Assembly: GCA_902595065.1 (NCBI GenBank)
Contig: CACJOM010000004.1
Span: 79,734-143,733 of the forward strand
Direction of reading: 5' to 3'
Source of the DNA: an uncultured SAR86 cluster bacterium
GTDB lineage: Bacteria; Pseudomonadota; Gammaproteobacteria; Magnimaribacterales; D2472
Length of the DNA stretch: 64,000 nt
Shown: piece after piece, positions 56,801-64,000 of the stretch
Numbering within the stretch: the first letter of the stretch is position 1
Layout: the number at the start of each line of letters is the position of its first letter
Position numbers and translations under genes: made by a program
Notes under the pieces: generated by a model
Told to the model about the DNA's origin: nothing
The model's input: the letters and a program-made list of their open reading frames with translations, nothing else
The model's database searches: none

Positions 56801-57943
56801 ATGAAAGGATTTTTACCTTCAAAAGCGCCAGCTACATCTTATTCAATTGAATCTGATTCCTGTAACAGAATAGAAGAAATATGTAATAAGCTACCAAAAC
56901 TTTTATTAACTGGAAAAATCCATACAACGATTAATCAACTTTCAAAAAATGATTTATCTATCAAACAATTATTAGTTAATCAATTGAGTCAAGATCTAAA
57001 ACTTGCAATGTCGCAACTAAGTTTTATTGCTCATGCTTACATTTGGGGGGATGTGAAACCTCATGGCAAATTACCAGAAGTTCTTGCAAAACCATGGGTA
57101 GAAGTAGCTACGCATCAAGGAAGACCTCCAATATTAAGCTATGCAAGTTATTGTCTCGACAACTGGTTCCTTGTTAATAAAGATGAGGAAATATCTCTAG
57201 AAAATGTAGCTCTGATAAATAATTTTTTAGGCGGGGTCGATGAAGATTGGTTCGTAACAATACATGTATGTATAGAAGATGCAGCTTCAGGAGCAATTGA
57301 TGCTTGCGAAAAAATCTCTCAATGCAATAACAACTCCTCTGAGATAGATGTTTTAAATTTATTTAAACAAATTGAAGGTTCAATGAAGAAAGTTAATGCA
57401 ATTTTTGCAAGAATGCCTGAGAAATGTGATCCTTATGTCTATTATCATCGTGTGCGCCCTTTTATTTTTGGCACAAAAGATAATCCAGATCTAAAAAAAG
57501 GTCTTGTATATGAAGGACAATTTGATAATAAACCTCAATTTTTTAGAGGAGAAACAGGCGCACAGAGCAGTATCATTCCATCTTTGGATGGAGCCTTGCA
57601 AATCTCACATACTAAAGATCATTTGCGTCATTACTTAAATGAGATGAGAGATTACATGCCTCCAAAGCATAGAAATTTTATTTCTAAACTTGAAAATACT
57701 TCGCAAGTTAAAAAACTTTTAGAAAGCTCAAAAAAACTTACAGATAAATATAATGATTGTCTTGAGGAAATAAGGGTATTTAGATCTATGCATCTTGAAT
57801 ACGCTGGAACCTACATTCATAAGCAATCTCAAATTAAAAATCCATTTGGCAGAGGTGGCTCAACAATTACTGGAACAGGTGGAACTCCATTTATGTCTTA
57901 CTTAAAAAAACATAGGGATGAAACCGAAGAGCAGAAAAAGTAG
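56801..57943 (+). CDS. Indoleamine 2,3-dioxygenase-family heme dioxygenase
   Basis: 380 aa. The blocks GLVYEG, GETGAQSS, MRDYMPPKHRNF, FRSMHLEYAGTYI (proximal His) and GTGGTPFMSYLKKHR are collinear with my recollection of human IDO1. Confidence 0.85.
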   Translation: MKGFLPSKAPATSYSIESDSCNRIEEICNKLPKLLLTGKIHTTINQLSKNDLSIKQLLVNQLSQDLKLAMSQLSFIAHAYIWGDVKPHGKLPEVLAKPWVEVATHQGRPPILSYASYCLDNWFLVNKDEEISLENVALINNFLGGVDEDWFVTIHVCIEDAASGAIDACEKISQCNNNSSEIDVLNLFKQIEGSMKKVNAIFARMPEKCDPYVYYHRVRPFIFGTKDNPDLKKGLVYEGQFDNKPQFFRGETGAQSSIIPSLDGALQISHTKDHLRHYLNEMRDYMPPKHRNFISKLENTSQVKKLLESSKKLTDKYNDCLEEIRVFRSMHLEYAGTYIHKQSQIKNPFGRGGSTITGTGGTPFMSYLKKHRDETEEQKK

Positions 57944-57948
57944 AAGAA

Positions 57949-58152
57949 TTATTTACTATGAGGTGGCAATTTTGCTTCGACAAACCATTCATGGATCTGT
58001 TTAGCGGGATTAAATTTCTTCAATCTTAACTTTTGATTTTCAATAACAAGCTTTTTGGTCTTAACAGCCATGTAATGATAGGTGTGACTATCTCTTGATT
58101 CACCTTCTGGAATTAAATAAACCTTAGTTTGTTTTTTTTTGCTATCTGCCAT
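57949..58152 (-). CDS. Possible divergent ribosomal protein L33-like protein (Cys-less)
   Basis: 67 aa and basic. The C-terminal half ...HYMAVKTKK....QKLRLKKFNPAKQIHEWFVEAK loosely parallels L33 ...FYTTTKNKR....[22 protein letters not shown]. It stands alone, with no rpmB nearby. Confidence 0.35.
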   Translation of the reverse strand: MADSKKKQTKVYLIPEGESRDSHTYHYMAVKTKKLVIENQKLRLKKFNPAKQIHEWFVEAKLPPHSK

Positions 58153-58267
58153 ATTGGTGGTGATTATACCGAAAACATAAAGATTTCCTACGAAATAGTT
58201 TAAAAATATTAACTAAATTTTTAACTGCAAGGTAGCAATTTAATCTAAAATAAGCGGTCAAAAAATT

Positions 58268-60454
58268 ATGGTCTATAAAACTTCATACCTAAAAAAATTC
58301 ATTGTAATTTTTATTTTCATTTTTTCTCTTAACATCATGAGTGAGGGCATTTCCCTTGATGGGGTTATATCACCAGATGAATGGAATGATGCATCTATAT
58401 TTAATTTAGAGTATGAAGTTATGCCCTCTCGTAATACAGAGGCGGCATTAGAAACAAAAGCATATGTAAAATTTGATAAAAAGTATCTCTATGTGGGCAT
58501 AAAAGCATATGGTGATCCAAATAAAATAAGAGCGACATTAAAAAATAGAGATAAGACATGGAATGAAGATTATGTAGCATTGATGGCGGATCCATTTAGG
58601 GATGGCAGGTATGGAATTCTTGTTGGAGTAAATGCATTAGGAGTTCAGCTGGATGAAAAACATATTAGCAGTGCTGGTCCCGATGATTCATGGGATATTC
58701 TTTTCCAATCTGCTACTGCCTTTCAAAATGACGGATACTCTGCTGAATTAATCATCCCCTTTGCAGAACTACAGCTTCCAGATACTGAGATTCAAACTTG
58801 GAAAATAGGCTTTATAAGAAAATCATATGAAGCTGGCATACAAACTGTTTTTGCTTCATTTAAAAATCTTCCAGCAGAAACTTGTTATGCATGCCAGGCA
58901 GATGAAGAAGTTATTTTGGGCTCACCAGAAAAAATCTATAGGAATTATTTATATCCTTACATTTTTTTAAATCAAAATGGTGACAGGCCCGTAAAAGATT
59001 TTAAATTGCAAAACCCTGACTATGAAATTGGAGTAACAGGCCTATATGATCTTTCAAAGTCTTCATCTATTGAGTACACAATCAATCCAGACTTTTCTCA
59101 GATTGAATCTGATGTCCCAATGATTATGGCCAATCAAACTTTTGCCATGTCATTTCCGGAAAAAAGAACCTTTTTTCTTGAAGGATCAGAATTGCTGAAA
59201 TCAGATACACAAACGGTTTATACCCGATCGATTACTAACCCTCTTGGCGCAATTAAATACATTAATCAAGGTAAAAATAATACAGTTTATTTATTACAAG
59301 CCACAGATACTGATTCGCCCTATTTAGCAGCCGGGCAATACAGATCATATAAAGGTAATGCTGGCAAAAGCAAAGTTACGATAGGAAGGCTAAAAAGAAA
59401 TTTAGGCAATAAGTCACATGTTGGATTGATTGCAACAAATAGAGATTTCCATGTCGGTGGATCTGGATCAGTAGTTGAATTTGATAGTCTTATTAACTTC
59501 TTGGATGATTATGTTTTAGATTTAAATTATGCAAGGAGCGATACCCAAGAAGGCGATGTAAATTTTATTGACACGGAAGATACTTTTGCTGGTAGAACCT
59601 ATGCAATGGACGGAGAATCTTTCTCAGGAACAGCCAAAAATTTTCGTTTAAGGTGGGCAGTTAATGGAAGGAATGCAGGTATAAGATTTTCAGATGTATC
59701 GCCCACATACAGAGCTCATGTTGGGTTTGTAGGCAGAAATAATTATAAATATCGTAACTATTGGTACGGAAGAACCTATAGATCACAAGGGACTATTAGA
59801 AGAATTAGCTTTAACTTTAATAATAGAAATAGACTAAGCTCAAAAAATGAAAAAGTTCTAGAGTTTTATGAGTTTCAAGTTGACCTTGAGACAAATTTTA
59901 ATTTTACTGGAACCATTGAATGGCAACATAAACCTAGCGAAAAATACAATGGTATTCAATATGGCCAGCAAAGAGATATTGAAATAAGGGGTCAATATCA
60001 TCCTTCAGAAAGATTCTATTCTAGTTTTAAAATTGAAAAAGGCGAATCTATAGCCTATAGAATTGATAATCCAGAAATTGGAGATTCAACAGAATATAAT
60101 CTTTATAATGTATTTAGATTCTCAGATAACTTCAAGGTTTCACTTGGCCATAGATACTCAGAATTAAAAAACAAAGTTACTGGAGAAGACTTCTATGCAG
60201 GTGAAATAAATAGATTTGAATTGGATTATCAGGTTGATGGTGCTTTATCTACAAGAACCATTATTGAAAAAAATGACTTTAGCGACGACTACTTTCTTGA
60301 GGCATTAATTCAATGGAAACCTAACCCATATACAATATTTTATGCAGGCGGCACTCAATTTTACAAAGAACCTAACCCTTTTAGTGACAATCTTAGACTT
60401 GAAACTTCACAAATTTATGCAAAGTTTCAATATTTCTACAATCCAAATAAATAA
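58268..60454 (+). CDS. Secreted CBM9-like / DUF5916-type beta-rich protein
   Basis: 728 aa with a signal peptide. The N-terminal LDGVISPDEWNDA...KKYLYVGIKAYGDP module resembles CBM9. The long C-terminal region is aromatic/Gly-rich and ends in ...YFYNPNK, which is beta-barrel-like. Confidence 0.55.
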   Translation: MVYKTSYLKKFIVIFIFIFSLNIMSEGISLDGVISPDEWNDASIFNLEYEVMPSRNTEAALETKAYVKFDKKYLYVGIKAYGDPNKIRATLKNRDKTWNEDYVALMADPFRDGRYGILVGVNALGVQLDEKHISSAGPDDSWDILFQSATAFQNDGYSAELIIPFAELQLPDTEIQTWKIGFIRKSYEAGIQTVFASFKNLPAETCYACQADEEVILGSPEKIYRNYLYPYIFLNQNGDRPVKDFKLQNPDYEIGVTGLYDLSKSSSIEYTINPDFSQIESDVPMIMANQTFAMSFPEKRTFFLEGSELLKSDTQTVYTRSITNPLGAIKYINQGKNNTVYLLQATDTDSPYLAAGQYRSYKGNAGKSKVTIGRLKRNLGNKSHVGLIATNRDFHVGGSGSVVEFDSLINFLDDYVLDLNYARSDTQEGDVNFIDTEDTFAGRTYAMDGESFSGTAKNFRLRWAVNGRNAGIRFSDVSPTYRAHVGFVGRNNYKYRNYWYGRTYRSQGTIRRISFNFNNRNRLSSKNEKVLEFYEFQVDLETNFNFTGTIEWQHKPSEKYNGIQYGQQRDIEIRGQYHPSERFYSSFKIEKGESIAYRIDNPEIGDSTEYNLYNVFRFSDNFKVSLGHRYSELKNKVTGEDFYAGEINRFELDYQVDGALSTRTIIEKNDFSDDYFLEALIQWKPNPYTIFYAGGTQFYKEPNPFSDNLRLETSQIYAKFQYFYNPNK

Positions 60455-60460
60455 GTATAT

Positions 60461-62893
60461 TTAACAGCCTACCTCTTTGCCTGTTAATTTCCCGTCTTTA
60501 ATAACAATTGAGTTAAGATCAAAATTGACCCCATTTTCACTCAAAAATAAACCTCTGACTTGGATTTTATTTTTATCTAAACCATCTTTCTCAAGACATG
60601 AAACAGGAATATTGATTCTTGTCCACTCAGTTAAAGAGTCTGTTGGTAATTGAATGGATCCTCTGCAGTTATTTCCACAACCAACACTGAAATATAAGGC
60701 TGGATTAGTCAGTGTATTAACACGCATCACAATCTCATAAAATGGTGAAATCATGCCAGAAAGATTTACGGGTGATTCTGTTGAAATACCAAAAGCTTGC
60801 AGGGATTCGCTCTCGGTAAAAATGATATTCTTAGCATCATCCTGTCTTTGGTAATCAAATCTAGTTATTTTAATTTTTCCATTAACGGAGACAAAATCAT
60901 CATCCATAACAAATTCAGGACCAGTATTGGTAACAACAAATTCTTTACCAGGAATTGAGGCTGCTCCAAGAAAAACATTAACTAACTCTAACTTAGAGAG
61001 GTGATTGTTTATTTCGATTCGTTCAATTTGGATGTCAGATTTATATGTAAGGCCATAACCATATGGGAATAGTGGATCATATATGCTGTCAGTAAAATTG
61101 AGGACTGCCTGATCTTTAGATTTAGGCCATGAATAAGATAATTTGCCAGTAAAATCATAATTAATTTTATTATCTTTGGTAAAAATTATATCTCCTATGC
61201 CTTCTACCGCTGTTCCTGGAAGCCAGGCAGCAATAAATGCATCTGAGGCATTAATCTGCCTATTCACGACTAATGGCCTACCAGATAAAAATATGCTAAC
61301 TGCAGGGATCCCCTGAGCACTTACAGACTCAAGTATTGGTAAAAATTTAGGATCAGTTGCAGTAAATGAAACATCTTTTAAATCGCCTAGCATTTCAGCA
61401 TATGGCTCTTCGCCAAAGACACCAATAACAACATCAGGTGTTTTTGAAAACTTGCCATTGCTAGAGAACTCAACTGTTCCTCCTGATGAAGTAATAAACT
61501 TTTCTAGGGCTTCGTATATTGAATTTACATTTACAAAATCATCATTTGAATTTTCTCTTCCTTGCCAAGTAATTGTCCATCCGCCTGTTTGAGACGAAAT
61601 TTTATTCGCTGCATCACCGATGATTCCAATATGTTGTTTGGGATTTAATGGTAGAAGATTATTATTGTTCTTTAACAACACAAGTGACTCCCTGACTGCC
61701 TGACGAGCTAGGGAAATATGATCAGGATGACCTAAATAGTTACCTTGAAACTCATGAGGGATTCTTCCATTAAATAATCCTAGTCTGGACTTGACTGTCA
61801 AAATATTTCTGACAGCCTCATCGAGTCTAGCCTCAGAAATTTCACCTGATTTCACTTGTCTGATAGTGTTTCTTAGCAAATCTTTCCAATTTTCAGGAAC
61901 CATAAACATATCCACACCAGCATTAAAAGACTGAGCACATTTTGCATTAGAACATTCTTCAACCTGACCGTGACCATTCCAGTCACCTACAACAAAACCG
62001 TCAAACTGCATCTCTGTTTTTAAAATGTCAGTTAACAATTCTTTATAACCGTGAAGCTTCTTACCATTCCAAGAGTTAAAGCTAGCCATAACAGTTTGAG
62101 CGCAAGCATCCAATGCATCAAAATATGGATAACCATGAATCTCCTTTAAACCAATTTCTGAGATTCTTGTATCACCCTGATCAATTCCATTAAAAGTACC
62201 GCCGTCACCCATAAAATGCTTGGCAGTAGCAATTACATGATTATTATCCAGCAAGGTATCTCCTTCACCTTGAAGACCAAGCACGAATGCTTTGCCAAGC
62301 TTTGATACTAAAATTGGATCTTCAGAAAAACCCTCATAAGTTCTTCCCCAGCGATCATCTTGGGGAACTGCAACCGTTGGAGCAAATGTCCAAGCCACAC
62401 CTGTAGACAAAACCTCAAGAGCTATTGCCTCACCAATACTCCTCATCAAATCAGCATTTCCTGATGCTCCTAGCCCAATATTATGAGGGAACAATGTTGC
62501 CCCAATAACATTGTTATGGCCATGAACCGCATCGGTGCCCCATAAAACTGGGACTTTAATGCCTTTATAGGTAGGAGAAGAATCATAAAATTCCTTGCTT
62601 AGGCTCTTCCAATCCTCAACTGAGCTGTATTTATCTCCATTTGGTGCTGTGTTTCCACCATTTAAAACAGATCCAATTTTAAATTTCTTCACATCAGCCG
62701 GAGAAATAAAGTCCAAATCTCCTTGTATTACTTGCCCAACCTTTTCCTCGATTGACATTCCATCAATTAGTTGCTCAATAAGGTCTGCATTATCAAAGTT
62801 TTTATATTCGCAAGTATTTGTTCGTGTCCAGTCAACCTGACCAAAAATATTTGGCACTTGAAACAAAAAAAGGATTAAAAATAAGTTTTTCAT
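60461..62893 (-). CDS. Periplasmic GH3 beta-glucosidase/exo-glucanase with extra C-terminal domain (ExoP/BglX-like)
   Basis: 810 aa with a signal peptide, GH3 blocks GTDAVHG, KHFMGDGG and nucleophile region GFVVGDW. An additional ~200-aa C-terminal domain follows. Confidence 0.9.
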   Translation of the reverse strand: MKNLFLILFLFQVPNIFGQVDWTRTNTCEYKNFDNADLIEQLIDGMSIEEKVGQVIQGDLDFISPADVKKFKIGSVLNGGNTAPNGDKYSSVEDWKSLSKEFYDSSPTYKGIKVPVLWGTDAVHGHNNVIGATLFPHNIGLGASGNADLMRSIGEAIALEVLSTGVAWTFAPTVAVPQDDRWGRTYEGFSEDPILVSKLGKAFVLGLQGEGDTLLDNNHVIATAKHFMGDGGTFNGIDQGDTRISEIGLKEIHGYPYFDALDACAQTVMASFNSWNGKKLHGYKELLTDILKTEMQFDGFVVGDWNGHGQVEECSNAKCAQSFNAGVDMFMVPENWKDLLRNTIRQVKSGEISEARLDEAVRNILTVKSRLGLFNGRIPHEFQGNYLGHPDHISLARQAVRESLVLLKNNNNLLPLNPKQHIGIIGDAANKISSQTGGWTITWQGRENSNDDFVNVNSIYEALEKFITSSGGTVEFSSNGKFSKTPDVVIGVFGEEPYAEMLGDLKDVSFTATDPKFLPILESVSAQGIPAVSIFLSGRPLVVNRQINASDAFIAAWLPGTAVEGIGDIIFTKDNKINYDFTGKLSYSWPKSKDQAVLNFTDSIYDPLFPYGYGLTYKSDIQIERIEINNHLSKLELVNVFLGAASIPGKEFVVTNTGPEFVMDDDFVSVNGKIKITRFDYQRQDDAKNIIFTESESLQAFGISTESPVNLSGMISPFYEIVMRVNTLTNPALYFSVGCGNNCRGSIQLPTDSLTEWTRINIPVSCLEKDGLDKNKIQVRGLFLSENGVNFDLNSIVIKDGKLTGKEVGC

Positions 62894-62906
62894 GTTCTCT
62901 CCATTC

Positions 62907-63545
62907 TTAAAAATCTAAATCTGAAAATTCAACCTTAATTTTCTTTTGGGTTAAAAGAAAATGTAAAGGCAGTTGATTGTCTGTAAATGCTTTCTCTACA
63001 ATCTTTCTTTTTTCTGGGCTTGGGACAAGCAAAATACATCGTTTAGCATTAATCAAAAGAGATAAATTCATTGAAATTCTCTTATGTGAAGGTGAGCCTA
63101 GTTCCTGGTCGGATACTATAATACCTGGGGAAGCTTCCACATTAAATGCCTCAGGAGTACTTAACTGAGCTGGAAACAATGATGCGAAATGACCATCATC
63201 ACCTAGCCCTAGAAGCACTACATCAAATGGATCCTCAATACCCTCTATCAAATCTTTATAATCAAGCAATGCATGAAATGATGCCATGCTAGCTTTATTT
63301 TTAATCAAATGTTGATGAATTAAGAAAGTATTGGAATCTTTATGATCTACAGGCACCATCCTATCATCACCCAAGAAAATTGAAACCTTGGACCAATCTA
63401 AATCCTTACTGCTTAAATTTTTATAAAGCTGTAAAGGGCTATTACCACCGCATACCACTAAGGATGCATGACCATTCAAGTTAATGCTTGAGATTAATGA
63501 ACCCGCAATTGATTCTGTTAAATTATTTAAAATAGAATCTTCCAA
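62907..63545 (-). CDS. pgl: 6-phosphogluconolactonase
   Basis: 212 aa with LVVCGGNSP, FLGDDRMV and LLGLGDDGHFASLFP. Confidence 0.85.
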   Translation of the reverse strand: MEDSILNNLTESIAGSLISSINLNGHASLVVCGGNSPLQLYKNLSSKDLDWSKVSIFLGDDRMVPVDHKDSNTFLIHQHLIKNKASMASFHALLDYKDLIEGIEDPFDVVLLGLGDDGHFASLFPAQLSTPEAFNVEASPGIIVSDQELGSPSHKRISMNLSLLINAKRCILLVPSPEKRKIVEKAFTDNQLPLHFLLTQKKIKVEFSDLDF

Positions 63546-63547
63546 TG

Positions 63548-64000
63548 CTAATTGCGATTTTGACTAATTTTATTAATAAAATTTAAACTACCGTGCAGAC
63601 AAGTCATCTCTTGATTAATTAATGCAAGAGGAATTTGTTTGAGCACATCTGCATGCATAGATTTTCTATTAATTAAAAAATTCTTTAAAAATACATCTGT
63701 ATCAATAAATTCATTCAGGGAGCGCATTAAGCCCCCAGCGAGATAAATACCTTTTCCTGGCATATATGCCAAAGCAAACTCAGACAAAATTTGAGCTAGT
63801 GATTTTAGAAAAATATCAATGCTTTTTTGAGAGAATTCATCAGAATGATAGGTCGCGACAATCTCTTCTGGTGATTTATCAATATCAGCAAATTCAGAGT
63901 AAATTCTAGCCAATCCGCCTCCTGAAATTAAATCTTCAATGACATTGAAGTCATGCTTCTTAGAAAGACCAAGCTCTGAGAATAGATCTTGAATAGCAAA
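63548..64000 (-). CDS. glk: Glucokinase, C-terminal part (gene runs off the window)
   Basis: The frame stays open to the window edge: upstream of the tracked TTG start it reads ...FNVIEDLISGGGLARIYSEF. The C-terminal GKGIYLAGGLMRSL matches the Glk pattern (GGVYIAGGI). It ends 2 nt upstream of pgl. Confidence 0.8.
   Translation of the reverse strand, partial: FAIQDLFSELGLSKKHDFNVIEDLISGGGLARIYSEFADIDKSPEEIVATYHSDEFSQKSIDIFLKSLAQILSEFALAYMPGKGIYLAGGLMRSLNEFIDTDVFLKNFLINRKSMHADVLKQIPLALINQEMTCLHGSLNFINKISQNRN

Noticed and set aside
1-64000. CRISPR arrays, IS elements, integrases, toxin-antitoxin pairs and known anti-phage systems
   Set aside because: By eye I found no repeat-spacer periodicity, no transposase or recombinase motifs, and no reverse transcriptase, nuclease-helicase or cyclase-effector pairs. 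The MoxR-VWA pair is the CoxD/CoxE-like two-gene type embedded in a metabolic/transport operon, not the ternary conflict-system type.

Overview
This is a visibly AT-rich, very gene-dense bacterial chromosomal segment: about 60 protein genes and 4 tRNAs, with most gene junctions at or below 20 nt and many overlapping. It is probably from a streamlined marine gammaproteobacterium. That placement is an inference from recalled E. coli-like neighbourhoods (tesA<>ybbA-ybbP, yadG-yadH, yheS, tatD, ogt) and a gamma-type LexA box. I found no CRISPR array, transposase, integrase, prophage genes or recognisable named defence system. The content is mostly housekeeping and catabolic: a phosphorelay/c-di-GMP signalling locus, secreted Zn-peptidases paired with oxygenases (two Baeyer-Villiger monooxygenases and a P450), a sulfatase/esterase operon, thioesterases, a MoxR-VWA pair inside a 7-gene operon ending in queF, a photolyase-family gene, an indoleamine-2,3-dioxygenase plus a PncC-like/NMNAT-like fusion, and a GH3/pgl/glk sugar block. 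The best candidates for something undescribed are: (1) a near-perfect LexA (SOS) operator controlling an unrecognised 77-aa acidic protein, followed by (2) a roughly 200-nt structured, terminator-ended RNA leader upstream of an EamA-rhodanese-VOC operon; (3) a kinase-less tandem DHp-REC-GGDEF protein in the signalling locus; (4) the MoxR-VWA-membrane protein-YadGH-QueF operon; and (5) two near-identical tRNA-Arg genes that differ at the anticodon (ACG vs UCG). All functional calls come from motif reading and remembered family signatures. No database search was run.
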